From an uncultured Eubacteriales bacterium (GTDB lineage Bacteria > Bacillota > Clostridia > Christensenellales > Aristaeellaceae), in the NCBI GenBank assembly GCA_902764185.1, contig CACWUV010000001.1:12258-76257 (forward strand): 64,000 bases of DNA, in the 5' to 3' direction. This document shows, in pieces, positions 47,067-56,764 of this stretch (the first letter of the stretch is position 1; every line of letters starts with the position of its first letter). The notes beneath the pieces were generated by a model. That model did no database searches and was not told where the DNA came from. It was given only the letters and a program-made list of their open reading frames with translations. The position numbers and the translations under genes are program-made.

Positions 47067-47897
47067 ATGAAACGCAAATTGATCTGGATCCGCACCGTAA
47101 ACACCCTTTGGGTCACGGCCATCGGCATCCTGTTTTTGATGCCGCTGCTGTGGATGCTGTCCTCCTCCCTGAAAACCGGGCCCGAGGTGTTCGCCGCCAA
47201 CTTCCGTTGGATACCGGACAAGGTGCAATGGATCAACTATGCCCAGGTATGGACTCACGAGCGGGTGCCCTTCTGGCGGCTGTACGGCAATTCGCTGTTC
47301 ATCGCCGTGGTGAGCACGGTGGGCGAATTGATCGTGGCCTCCATGGCGGGGTATTCCCTGGGCAAGATCGAGTTCAAGGGCCGCAACCTTGTGTTTATCG
47401 TCATGCTGGTCACCATGATGATCCCGGCTCAGGCCACCATCGTGCCGCGTTTTGTGATCTTCAAATCCATGGGGCTGTACAACAACATCTGGGCGCTGAT
47501 CTTTCCCGCCTGGTTCAACGTGACCTCCATCTTCCTGCTGCGCACCTTCTACATGAGCCTGCCAGGCGATCTGATGGAGGCGGCCAAGATCGACGGGGCC
47601 AGCTATTTCCAGATCTGGCTGCGCATCATGATGCCCCTGACCAAGCCCGCCATGGTGACGGCGGCGGTGCTGGCCTTTATCAATTCCTGGAACGAGTACC
47701 TGAGCGCCCTGGTGTTCCTGCCCACGGCGGAAAACTACACCGTGTCCCAGGGCATCCAGTATTGGATGTCCATGTCCGATGATCACAATCTGATGATGAC
47801 CGCGGCGGCCAGCGCCATCCTGCCCGTCATCGTGCTGTTCCTGTTTACCCAGCGGTATTTTGTGGAGAGCATCGCCACCACAGGCGTGAAGGGATAA
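47067..47897 (+). CDS. ABC sugar permease (MalG/UgpE-type)
   Basis: ...LMEAAKIDGASYFQIWLRIMMPLTKPA (EAA loop). 6 TM. Confidence 0.88.
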   Translation: MKRKLIWIRTVNTLWVTAIGILFLMPLLWMLSSSLKTGPEVFAANFRWIPDKVQWINYAQVWTHERVPFWRLYGNSLFIAVVSTVGELIVASMAGYSLGKIEFKGRNLVFIVMLVTMMIPAQATIVPRFVIFKSMGLYNNIWALIFPAWFNVTSIFLLRTFYMSLPGDLMEAAKIDGASYFQIWLRIMMPLTKPAMVTAAVLAFINSWNEYLSALVFLPTAENYTVSQGIQYWMSMSDDHNLMMTAAASAILPVIVLFLFTQRYFVESIATTGVKG

Positions 47898-47901
47898 AGC
47901 A

Positions 47902-48603
47902 ATGGATGTACGATTGATCGCCCACCGGGGCTATGCCATTCATGCGCCGCAGAACAGCGCCGAGGCCTTTGAGGCGGCGGGCAGGCTGGGCTTCTGGGCC
48001 ATAGAGACCGACGTGCGCCGAACCCTGGACGGGGTGCTGGTATGCTGCCATGACGCCACGGTGGACAGCATGTTCTGCGGCAGCGGGGAGATCAGCGCCC
48101 TGCCCTGGGACGCGCTGCGGAGCCTGACCTTCCGGGAGGACAAGAAAAACGGCAGCCTCCGCAAGGAGGGCATGCCGCTGTTCCGTACCTATCTGTCCAT
48201 TTGCAAGGCCCATGGCGCTGTGCCCTTCATTGAGCTGAAAACCATGGACACGGAGGCCGTGCTGGCCGAAGCCCGGCAGTTTTTTGACGATGGCGAGCTG
48301 GTGATCTCCAGCTCCCGTATGGAACACCTGCGCCTGGCCCGCCGCCTGTCTCCCGCCGTGTTTCTGCATCATATTTTCTCAGACGAGGCCTCCATCCGGG
48401 AGCTGGCGGGCATGGGGCCCGCAGGCTGCTCCCTGAATCAGCCCGATCTGAACGCCTTTGATCCCGCCTGGGTGGGGCGTGTCCATGCTTGCGGGCTGCA
48501 ATTGTGCCTGCGTGCCGGGGATACCCCCGACGCCGTGCGGCGCATGGTCGCCCTGGGACTGGATTACGTGCCCACCAATTGCGTTTATCCGGCGCTGGTG
48601 TAA
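47902..48603 (+). CDS. Cytoplasmic glycerophosphodiester phosphodiesterase family protein (UgpQ-like)
   Basis: LIAHRGYAIHAPQNSAEAFEAAGRLGFWAIETDVRRTLDGVLVCCHD is the GDPD catalytic N-terminus. No signal peptide. Confidence 0.8.
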   Translation: MDVRLIAHRGYAIHAPQNSAEAFEAAGRLGFWAIETDVRRTLDGVLVCCHDATVDSMFCGSGEISALPWDALRSLTFREDKKNGSLRKEGMPLFRTYLSICKAHGAVPFIELKTMDTEAVLAEARQFFDDGELVISSSRMEHLRLARRLSPAVFLHHIFSDEASIRELAGMGPAGCSLNQPDLNAFDPAWVGRVHACGLQLCLRAGDTPDAVRRMVALGLDYVPTNCVYPALV

Positions 48604-48613
48604 CAGCAAAACA

Positions 48614-48650
48614 AAAAGGGGTGCGCGCTTTGAAGGCGCGTGCCCCTTTT
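48614..48650. terminator. Bidirectional terminator between convergent operons
   Basis: AAAAGGGGTGCGCGC-tttgaa-GGCGCGTGCCCCTTTT. Confidence 0.8.
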
Positions 48651-48659
48651 GGGGTCCAA

Positions 48660-50285
48660 TCAGATCTTCAGCCGTTCCATTACGTCATTTCCGCCCCGGC
48701 CAAAGTAATCCGACAGCGCTTTGTATTCCCGGTAGAGCGCGTCATACACCGCGCCCGCCGTGGGATCTGGGGTATACCGGATAAAGTCCCGGCAGTGCAT
48801 GGCGTCCACGGCGGCAAAGATATCCGAAAAGCCCGTGGCGTGCCCTGCCGCAGCGGCGGCGTAGATGGCCGCACCCAATGCAGGAGCTTGCCTGCAGCGG
48901 CTGACGCGCAGGGGCTTGCCCAGCACGTCGGCGTAGATCTGCATCATCAGGGGATTTTTGCCGGCGATGCCGCCGCAGGCGGTAAGGCTCTGCACCCGGA
49001 CCCCGGCCTGCTCATAGGCCTCCAGAATGGCCCGGGCCCCGAAGGCGGTGGCCTCCAGCAGCGCCCGGAAGATATGCTCCGGGCGGGTTTGCAGCGTCAG
49101 CCCCAGCATCAGGCCGGACAGACGGCTGTTGGCCAGGGGCGATTTGTTGCCGTTGAACCAGTCCAGGGCCAGCAGCCCCGTCTCCCCGGGGGCCAGGCCC
49201 GCGGCCAGCTGGCTCAGATAGGCCTGGGGCGTCAGCCCCGCTTCCCGGGCTGCCCGAGCGTAATCCTCCGGCAGCCCGTTGTCCGCGAACCATTGGAAGC
49301 AATCTCCCACGCTGGCCTGTCCCGAGGCATAGCCCCACAGGCCCGGATAATAGGTATCCGGCAGGCAGGCCGTAACGCCCTGCACCGGGCGTCGTTCGCT
49401 GTTTAACAGCATAAAGGCCGTGGAGGTACCGATCACCAGCATGGCCTGGCCCGGCGAGTGGATTCCCAGGGCTGCCATGGGCGTGTAGCCGTCCATCTGC
49501 GCCGGGGTCACGGCGATGCCGGGCCGCAGACCCAGGCGCCGTGCCATGGGCGCGCACAGCGTCCCCGCCAAGGTGCCGGGGGCCAGGGGCGTGACGCCCC
49601 AGCGATCCGCCATGCAGCGCCTCGGCAGATCGCCCAATACGCCTGCGTACCCTGCCTTGCTCCACAGCGCCTTGGCGGCGGCCATGGAAGCGCTGATCAC
49701 CGGTTTGCCCGCCAGCAGCGAAACGATGTAATCCCCGGCCTCCACAAAGGCGTCCGCCGCGTTGAACACGGCGCGATCCTCCTCATATACCTGCAGCACC
49801 TTGGCCGCCAGGCACTCCGGCGAAATGCGTCCGCCGTACAGGGCCAGATCGACGCCCTGCTCCCGGCAAAGGGCCGTGAGACGCTCCGCCTGGTCCGCCG
49901 CGCCGTGATGCTTCCATAGCTTGCACCAGGCGTGGGGCCGTCCGGCAAAGGCCGCATCCAGGCACAGAGGCCGAAAAGCGGCGTCCACCGGGAGCACCGT
50001 ACTGGCGGTGAAATCCACGCCGATGCCCGCCACCTGCTCCGGGGATACGCCGCTTTGTTTCAATAAAGCAGGCACCACCGTTTCCAGCGCCTGCACATAG
50101 TCCGCGGGATGCTGCAAATACCAGCTGCCTGTCAGCTTCGTGCCGTCCGGCAGGGCATGCTCCAGGATCCCATGCGGATAGGCCAATTCCGCCTCCGCCG
50201 CCACGCTGCCGTCCAGGGCCGCCAGCACGCCCCGGCAGCTCAGAGAGCCGTAATCCAGGCCGATGGTATAAAGCGCCTCACCCAT
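48660..50285 (-). CDS. araB: Ribulokinase-type FGGY kinase (AraB-like)
   Basis: YTIGLDYGSLSCRGVL...LQHPADY...GVDFTASTVLPVD...CKLWKHHGA parallels Gram-positive AraB. The true substrate is not certain. Confidence 0.7.
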   Translation of the reverse strand: MGEALYTIGLDYGSLSCRGVLAALDGSVAAEAELAYPHGILEHALPDGTKLTGSWYLQHPADYVQALETVVPALLKQSGVSPEQVAGIGVDFTASTVLPVDAAFRPLCLDAAFAGRPHAWCKLWKHHGAADQAERLTALCREQGVDLALYGGRISPECLAAKVLQVYEEDRAVFNAADAFVEAGDYIVSLLAGKPVISASMAAAKALWSKAGYAGVLGDLPRRCMADRWGVTPLAPGTLAGTLCAPMARRLGLRPGIAVTPAQMDGYTPMAALGIHSPGQAMLVIGTSTAFMLLNSERRPVQGVTACLPDTYYPGLWGYASGQASVGDCFQWFADNGLPEDYARAAREAGLTPQAYLSQLAAGLAPGETGLLALDWFNGNKSPLANSRLSGLMLGLTLQTRPEHIFRALLEATAFGARAILEAYEQAGVRVQSLTACGGIAGKNPLMMQIYADVLGKPLRVSRCRQAPALGAAIYAAAAAGHATGFSDIFAAVDAMHCRDFIRYTPDPTAGAVYDALYREYKALSDYFGRGGNDVMERLKI

Positions 50286-52032
50286 GGATGGCCTCCCGGG
50301 CCGCGTCCACGCCGAACAGGCCCACGCCGCCGCCGCCCCAGGCCGTCAGATCGGACAGGACCGCCTGCCGGGCCTCCGCGGGCAGCGGGATCAAGAGCAG
50401 GGCGCGGCGATTGTTCTCCACCCGGAACACGGCATCCCCCGCCGTCACGGTGCAGCTTTTCAGCAGCCGGGCAGGCATGGAGACCCGGGCCTCGGGCCAA
50501 TCCACGTGGGTGCGCATGGCAAATTTCTGGTATCGGCTGTCGGCGGAAATGCTCTCCCGGGAGAAGTCGGGGTCCAGGGCCAGCCGCAGGGCGGAAACGG
50601 GGCCATGGAGCGTCAGCGTCAGGCTGCCGCCGCCGGGCAGGACAACGCAGTTGGCTTCCGCGCCGTGGGGGCGCTCCCAGCCGTTTTCCAATATGGCGCG
50701 GTCTGCTTCGCCGATTTCCGCCGTCACCCGCCCGGTTTGCTGCCGCAGATGGCCGGGAATGAAGCAGCCGTCCTCCAGCAGCATCTGCTGCAATTCGGCC
50801 ATGTGCCGCGCCGTCACCTCGGCGGGCAGGCAGCCGTGCCGCAGGGCCACCGCCGCGCCCGTGCCCGCCGCCTGGCCCATCACGGCGCAGGTGGCCATCA
50901 CCCGGGTGGAGGACAGGGCCATGTGGGTGGCGCTGATGTTGCGGCCCGCAAACAGCAGGTTGGGCACGTTGTCCGAATACAGGCAGCGGAAGGGGATCTG
51001 GTACGGGGTCGCGGGGGTGATGTGCTTGGAGGAATAGCCCATATAGCGCAGGCCCTGAGGGCTGTGATTGTCCATGGTCCAGCCGCCGAAGGCCACCGCG
51101 TCCGGGAAGGTGTGCCCCTCCTCCAGATCCCGCTGGTTCAGGATATAGGGCCCCACGCAGCGGCGGCTTTCCCGCTTGCCGGGCAGGAAGCCCACCCATT
51201 CCAGCTCCCAGTTTTCCATGCCGTGGTCGCCCCGGTTTTTGAGGTGATCCCACACGCCGTAGGCCACCCGCAGCAGCTCCTCGTTGATCTGCTGGGCGTC
51301 GCGGAGGGTGTCCATTTCGCCGCCCAGCTCGATCCACCAGAAGTTGATGCCCGATTCCGGCACGTCGTGCTTTTTGAGGTACATGCTTTCGTCGTCGGGA
51401 TAGACATAGGCCCATTCCGGCGGCGTGAAGGGACAGGGATGATCCGTTTTGCGGGCCTCGATGAGGCAGCTGGAGCCCATGGTGCATGCGTCTGCCGTCT
51501 CCGGCGCGGCGTACTCGTCAAATTCCGCCTGGCCTTCCCGGCCCACCCGATAGCGGGCCCCGGAAAGCTCCGCCAGGATGCTGTCGCCGGAGCAATCCAT
51601 GAAAAGCTCCGCCCGCACGGTATGGAAGGTGTAGCTGTTCAGCTGCCAGCCGGTGACGGAGACGATGCGCTCTCCCTCCTTTTCGCAGCCCAGGCAGGTG
51701 GTGTTCAGCAGCAGCGTCAGGTTTTTTTCCTCCCGCGCCAGCTGATACAGCACCGAATCCCAGATGGAATAATTCATGGTGGGATTGCGGTAGATGTTCT
51801 CCAGTTCCGCCTCCTGTAATAGGCCCGTTTCCCTGTTTTCCTTGCCGTGGGAGCCCCGCACCCACATGCGGATTTCGCTGGAAGCGTTGCCTCCCAGCAT
51901 GGGACGGTCCTGCATGAGCAGCACCCTTGTCCCGTGCCGCGCGGCGGATACCGCCGCGAACAGGCCCGCCAGGCCGCCGCCCACCACGCAAAGCTGCACG
52001 TCGTAGCGCCGTGTTTCCTTGGCTGTCAGCAT
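50278..52032 (-). CDS. FAD-dependent oxidoreductase, class A paralog 2
   Basis: QLCVVGGGLAGLFAAVSAARHGTRVLLMQDRPMLGGNASSEIRMW...MDCSGDS...NWELEWVGFLPGKRESRRCVGPY... is colinear with 42874..44763. It overlaps the kinase start by 8 nt. Confidence 0.78.
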   Translation of the reverse strand: MLTAKETRRYDVQLCVVGGGLAGLFAAVSAARHGTRVLLMQDRPMLGGNASSEIRMWVRGSHGKENRETGLLQEAELENIYRNPTMNYSIWDSVLYQLAREEKNLTLLLNTTCLGCEKEGERIVSVTGWQLNSYTFHTVRAELFMDCSGDSILAELSGARYRVGREGQAEFDEYAAPETADACTMGSSCLIEARKTDHPCPFTPPEWAYVYPDDESMYLKKHDVPESGINFWWIELGGEMDTLRDAQQINEELLRVAYGVWDHLKNRGDHGMENWELEWVGFLPGKRESRRCVGPYILNQRDLEEGHTFPDAVAFGGWTMDNHSPQGLRYMGYSSKHITPATPYQIPFRCLYSDNVPNLLFAGRNISATHMALSSTRVMATCAVMGQAAGTGAAVALRHGCLPAEVTARHMAELQQMLLEDGCFIPGHLRQQTGRVTAEIGEADRAILENGWERPHGAEANCVVLPGGGSLTLTLHGPVSALRLALDPDFSRESISADSRYQKFAMRTHVDWPEARVSMPARLLKSCTVTAGDAVFRVENNRRALLLIPLPAEARQAVLSDLTAWGGGGVGLFGVDAAREAIHG

Positions 52033-52050
52033 AGATAACGCTCCTATCTA

Positions 52051-52884
52051 TTATCCCTTCACGCCCGAGGTGGCGATGCCCTCCACAAAGTAGCGCTGGC
52101 AGAAGATGAACAGGATGACCACCGGAACGATGGCGCTGGTGGCGGCGGCCATGTTCAGGTCGTAGCGCTGCAAATCGTCCAGCATATACCAGCGGATCAC
52201 CTGGGAAATGGTGTACAGGGGCTTTTTGATCAGGAAGATCAGCGGAGACATGTACTCGTTCCAGCAGCTGATGAAGGAGAGCACCATAAGGGAAATCAGG
52301 GAGGCTTTGGTCAGGGGCATCAGGATCTGGCCGAAGATGCGCAGATGCCCCGCGCCGTCGATCTTGGCCGCCTCCATCAGGTCGTCCGGCAGGCCGATAT
52401 AGAACTGGCGCAGCAGGAAGATGGCGGTGGCGTTGAAGAAGTGGGGCAGGATGATGGCCCACAGGTTGTTGTATAATCCCACGGTCTTGAAAAGGATGAA
52501 GCGGGGCACGATGGTGACCTCGGTGGGCATCATCATGGTGGCCAGGAACAGGACGAACACCACCTGCTTGCCCTGGAACCGCACCTTGGCAAAGGCGTAG
52601 GCCGCCATGGAGGAGATGATCAATTGAGCCACGGTGCCGATCACGGTGATGAAGGCCGTGTTCAGATAGGCCTTGAACATGCTCACATCGGGATCGGTCC
52701 ACACGGCGGCGTAGTTGCCCCATTTCCACTCCCGGGGCAGCCATTGCCAGTTGCCCGCAAAGACCTCGTTGGTATTCTTGAGGGAGCTGGTGACCATCCA
52801 GATCAGCGGCAGCAGGAAAGCCAGGGCAAACACGGCGATGATCAGGGTTTTGACCAGCGTTATGGAAAATTCACGCTTTTTCAT
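52051..52884 (-). CDS. ABC sugar permease (MalG-type)
   Basis: Start MKKREFS behind AAGGGGG. LMEAAKIDGAGHLRIFGQILMPLTK. Confidence 0.85.
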   Translation of the reverse strand: MKKREFSITLVKTLIIAVFALAFLLPLIWMVTSSLKNTNEVFAGNWQWLPREWKWGNYAAVWTDPDVSMFKAYLNTAFITVIGTVAQLIISSMAAYAFAKVRFQGKQVVFVLFLATMMMPTEVTIVPRFILFKTVGLYNNLWAIILPHFFNATAIFLLRQFYIGLPDDLMEAAKIDGAGHLRIFGQILMPLTKASLISLMVLSFISCWNEYMSPLIFLIKKPLYTISQVIRWYMLDDLQRYDLNMAAATSAIVPVVILFIFCQRYFVEGIATSGVKG

Positions 52885-52901
52885 GGCGATTGCCCCCTTT
52901 C

Positions 52902-53822
52902 TCAATAGTGGACCCATTTTTTCTGGCCGCCGAAGTTGATGGCGGTAAAGAATATGATGATCAGCAGCAGCACCACGGACTGGGCCGAGGCATAGCCGTG
53001 GGCGTAATCCGAGAAGGCTGAGCTGTATATTTCCTGTACGATGGACGTGTTGGACGCGATGGAGGAGCCCATGGTGAACACGTTGACGGAGCCGAAGATC
53101 TTAAAGATGGCGATGAGGCGGACGATGACCAGATAGAAGGTGGTAGGGGACACCATGGGCAGCGTGATGCGGGTGAACTGCTGGAAGCCGCTGGCGCCGT
53201 CGATGGTGGCAGCCTCGTAGAGGCTGCGGGGCACGTTTTGCAGGGCGGCCATGTAGATGATCATGACGTAGCCCAGGGAGGTCCAGATGACCAGGAAGAT
53301 GATGGGGATCTTGCTCAGGCTGGGCTCCACCGTCCATTTCCAGGGTTCGGCGATCCAGCCCAGCCCCATCAGCGCGCGGTTGACCAAGCCGTCCTCCCGG
53401 AACAGGAACTTGAACACCGCGCCCAGGGCCACGATGGAGGAGATATAGGGGATGAAGAAGGCCAGGCGCAGGGGCTTTTTGCAGAAGACCCGGCCGTTGA
53501 GCAGGTAGGCGATCACCAGGCCCAGGACGATGGAGACGGGCACGGTGGTGAGGGCGTAGACAAAGGTGTTGCCGATGGACTGCACGAAGCGGCGGTCCGT
53601 GAAGATGGTGCGGAAGTTATCCAGGCCGATCCAGCTGATGTACTTGCCCAGCTTGGCAAGGCTGCGCACCTTCAAAAAGTTGAACTTGGTGAAGGACAGG
53701 ATCAGCGTCAGGAAAAAGGGGAACGCGATGAGCAGCACATACGTCACCAGGGCGGGCATCACAAAGGCATACCCGGCGATGTTTTCCTTGATCTGATTTT
53801 GATTGCGGTGTTTCCTTGCCAT
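52902..53822 (-). CDS. ABC sugar permease (MalF-type)
   Basis: YEAATIDGASGFQQFTRITLPMVSP. 6 TM. Confidence 0.88.
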   Translation of the reverse strand: MARKHRNQNQIKENIAGYAFVMPALVTYVLLIAFPFFLTLILSFTKFNFLKVRSLAKLGKYISWIGLDNFRTIFTDRRFVQSIGNTFVYALTTVPVSIVLGLVIAYLLNGRVFCKKPLRLAFFIPYISSIVALGAVFKFLFREDGLVNRALMGLGWIAEPWKWTVEPSLSKIPIIFLVIWTSLGYVMIIYMAALQNVPRSLYEAATIDGASGFQQFTRITLPMVSPTTFYLVIVRLIAIFKIFGSVNVFTMGSSIASNTSIVQEIYSSAFSDYAHGYASAQSVVLLLIIIFFTAINFGGQKKWVHY

Positions 53823-53854
53823 GGGATGACCTCTTTTCTCAGTGGTGGAAAGAA

Positions 53855-53883
53855 GGCGGAGGAGCGGCGTGCGCCCCTCCGCC
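53855..53883 (-). promoter_or_regulatory. Intra-operon stem-loop after the SBP gene
   Basis: GGCGGAGG-13nt-CCTCCGCC lies between the SBP stop and the permease start. Confidence 0.4.
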
Positions 53884-53899
53884 GAATGTCTGAAAGGGA

Positions 53900-55255
53900 T
53901 CAGCGCTCCGCGGCGATGGCTTCGTCCGCCAGCTTGGTCAGTTCGGCCAGGGCGGCTTCGGGGGTCATCACGTCGTTGAGCGCGTACATGGTGTACTCGG
54001 CCATGAGGGAATTGACCTTGGAATAGGCGGTCAGCTCGTCCTCATAGTAGGAGGGGTTGGTGGACACGCCCACCACGCGCTTGAAGGATTCCACGTCCAC
54101 AAACTTGGCGGCCTCTTCCTCGGTGCCAAACAGCAGGCTCAGGGCGGAGCCGGGCTCGGTGCCCTTCCAGTTGGGCTGATGGCCGGCGGCGGCCAGGTAC
54201 TTGACGCCGTAGGTGGAATACCACTTCAGGAAGGCCCAGGCAGCGGGGAAGTCCTCGTCGTCAGGATCCATGCAGATACCGGCATGGGAGAAGGGAGCAA
54301 CGCCGCTCATGTAGTTGGTCTGGCCTTTTTCAATGACGGGCCAGGGAGCAAAGCCGGTGATGAAGTCCACGCCGTAGTTGGCGGTGTCGGGCAGGAAGCG
54401 GACCATGTTGGGGGTCAGAGAGGAATTGCAGGTGCGCTCCACCAGGAAGGTCTGCTGGGCCTGCAGGTTGTCGCCGCGGTAGATGGACTTGGGGAACCAG
54501 ATCTTATCCACGACCTCGGCGTTGTATTCGTCCTGCAGGGCCTTGATGATCACGGGGTTGTCGAAGGAGCAGGTGCCGTCCTCATCGTAGTAGGCGTTCT
54601 TGCCCACCAGGGAGCCGTACACATAGGTGTAGTAGTTCTGGCTGTGGTAGCTGGAACCGCCGTACACCTTCACGGTGCCGTCCTCGTTGTATTCGGTCAT
54701 GGCCTTGGAGGCGGCGAAGTACTCGTCCCAGGTCCACTCGGTGGGCAATTCGCCCAGGCCGGCGGCGTTCCAGGCGTTCATGTTGATGGCCACATAGTAG
54801 CTCAGGCCGCCGCAGGGGAAGGTGTAGATGCAGTCATCATACTTGAAGGCGTCGCTACCCCAGTTGGCCACCAGGTCGATGCCCTCTTCCTCCACCAGGT
54901 CGGTCAGGTCCACGTACAGGCCGGCTTCCCAGCGCTTGTAGGCGTTGGACAGGCCGAAGGAGGCCAGCACGTCCACTTCACCCGCCAGGATGGAGGTGTT
55001 GACGGACAGGTTGCCGTCGGAGTTGTTGTTGTAGGTATTCAGGTTCACCTTGATGTTGGGGTAGATGGAGTTGAAGTCCGCGATCAGCGCGTCCATGCCC
55101 TGGGAGCCCTTGAAGGGCATCCAGAAGGAGATCTCGCCGGAAATGGAAGTGTCGTCTTCCAGGATCCAGCTGGTGATGTCTTCGCCCTCGGCGAAGGCGG
55201 CGAGCGTGGGCAGCAGCATCAGCGCCGCCAGCAGCAGACAGAGAACCTTTTTCAT
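53900..55255 (-). CDS. ABC sugar-binding protein (CUT1)
   Basis: Signal peptide MKKVLCLLLAALMLLPTLAAFA. It is a paralog of 44794..46104, sharing blocks such as ...YTFPCGGLSYYVAINMNAWNAAGLGELPTEWTWDEY... Confidence 0.85.
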   Translation of the reverse strand: MKKVLCLLLAALMLLPTLAAFAEGEDITSWILEDDTSISGEISFWMPFKGSQGMDALIADFNSIYPNIKVNLNTYNNNSDGNLSVNTSILAGEVDVLASFGLSNAYKRWEAGLYVDLTDLVEEEGIDLVANWGSDAFKYDDCIYTFPCGGLSYYVAINMNAWNAAGLGELPTEWTWDEYFAASKAMTEYNEDGTVKVYGGSSYHSQNYYTYVYGSLVGKNAYYDEDGTCSFDNPVIIKALQDEYNAEVVDKIWFPKSIYRGDNLQAQQTFLVERTCNSSLTPNMVRFLPDTANYGVDFITGFAPWPVIEKGQTNYMSGVAPFSHAGICMDPDDEDFPAAWAFLKWYSTYGVKYLAAAGHQPNWKGTEPGSALSLLFGTEEEAAKFVDVESFKRVVGVSTNPSYYEDELTAYSKVNSLMAEYTMYALNDVMTPEAALAELTKLADEAIAAER

Positions 55256-55309
55256 TTCGGAATCCTCCTTTTTATTTGATCACCGGGCCTTGACCCGGTA
55301 ATTCACATT

Positions 55310-55325
55310 TTTGAAGCGCTCCAAA
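55310..55325. promoter_or_regulatory. LacI-type operator candidate O3
   Basis: TTTGAAGCGCTCCAAA is a 16-bp near-palindrome centred on CG, upstream of the minus-strand SBP operon. Confidence 0.5.
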
Positions 55326-55362
55326 TTATGCGAATAAAGCATTTTTACGCCTTTTGCATGCT

Positions 55363-56742
55363 TTACAGAAATACTTTGTTTTCCCGCAGGCAGCGGCGCA
55401 GCGCCTGGGCGTCCAGACGCCTGGGCGTAACGCCCTGCTTTACCGCCATGGCGGCGGCGGTACCCGCGGCCTGGCCCATGCCCATGCAGGGCGGCATGAC
55501 GCGGATGGCTCCGGCGGCGGTGGAATCGGCGCTGACGCAGCGCCCGGCCACCAGCAGGTTTTCCACTCCCACGGGCAGCAGACTGCGGTAGGGGATGCCG
55601 TAATAATCGCCGTTGATGGGCATATATTCATTGCTGGTGGGGCCAAAGCGCCCGTGGACGTCCACAGAGTTGGCGGCCAACAGGATGCTGTCCTCCGGCA
55701 CCTGGGCGGAGATCAGGTCCTCCCCCGTCAGCCGGTAATCGCCCCGGATGTGGCGGCTCTCCCGGATGCCCACATAGGAGGCCGTACTCCTGAGCCGGGC
55801 GTTCTCACACCCGGGCACATATTTGTTGAGGAAGTTCATGATGATTTCCGCCTGGCGGCGGCCCGCCACCTCGGCGGCGGAGAGGCTTTCATTATCGGTG
55901 CTGTCCACCCCCATGATCCGGGAGGTGTTGATGCACCATTCGTCCGGCCGGGGCTGGCGGAACATGCCGATGGACACCCGCTGCAGGGGCCAGTCGCCGT
56001 TTTTCCGGGCCTGGGACACCCGCCAATGCAGGGAGCGATAGTTGACGCCGTCCTTGCGGTAGAAATTGTGGATGTTGGCCTGGATATCGGCCTCCAGGGC
56101 CTGGGCGTCCACGCCGTACACGTGGAAAAACATGGTGGCGGGCTGGATGAGGCCCAGTTTCTCGTTGCCCATCTCAAAGGGCACCCCCGCCCGGGCGGCC
56201 ACGTCGCCGTCGCCGGTGCAGTCGATGAATACCTGGCCCCGAATGATCTCGATGCCCCGCTTGGAGGAAACCACGATGCCCACCGGGGTATTTCCCTCCA
56301 TGACGGGTTTCAGAAAATCGGTATGGAACAGCACCTTGACCCCGGCCTCTTCCATCATATCGTCCATCACGCGTTTGAGGCCCTCGGGCTCGAAGGGGGT
56401 CACATGGTCGTGGCCCACCACGATCCAGGAGGTGAAGCCCGTGCCCGCCCGGACGGTGGAGGGATGCAGGGCCCAGCCCCGCGCCACCATGCGGTTTACG
56501 ATTTCCTCAAACAGGCCGCGGATGATCATGTTTTCGCCCTTGCGGTCATAGCAGGTCATGAAGGGGCCCACCAGTCCCCGGGTGGCGCTGCCCCCCAGGA
56601 AACCGCCCTGCTCCACCAGCAGCACCCGCACGCCCAGCCGGGCCGCGGCGATGGCGGCGCACATGCCGGAGGGTCCGCCGCCGATGACGATCACATCGGC
56701 GCGCAGCGTATCCCGTTCCGGCGTCAAATCAAACTGCGGCAT
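55363..56742 (-). CDS. FAD-dependent oxidoreductase, class B paralog 1
   Basis: DVIVIGGGPSGMCAAIAAARLGVRVLLVEQGGFLGGSATRG...IDCTGDGD...GIRESRHIRG...AGRCVSADSTAAGAIRVMPPCMGMGQAAG. Confidence 0.8.
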   Translation of the reverse strand: MPQFDLTPERDTLRADVIVIGGGPSGMCAAIAAARLGVRVLLVEQGGFLGGSATRGLVGPFMTCYDRKGENMIIRGLFEEIVNRMVARGWALHPSTVRAGTGFTSWIVVGHDHVTPFEPEGLKRVMDDMMEEAGVKVLFHTDFLKPVMEGNTPVGIVVSSKRGIEIIRGQVFIDCTGDGDVAARAGVPFEMGNEKLGLIQPATMFFHVYGVDAQALEADIQANIHNFYRKDGVNYRSLHWRVSQARKNGDWPLQRVSIGMFRQPRPDEWCINTSRIMGVDSTDNESLSAAEVAGRRQAEIIMNFLNKYVPGCENARLRSTASYVGIRESRHIRGDYRLTGEDLISAQVPEDSILLAANSVDVHGRFGPTSNEYMPINGDYYGIPYRSLLPVGVENLLVAGRCVSADSTAAGAIRVMPPCMGMGQAAGTAAAMAVKQGVTPRRLDAQALRRCLRENKVFL

Positions 56743-56764
56743 AAAAACCCCTCCAAATCGCGTA

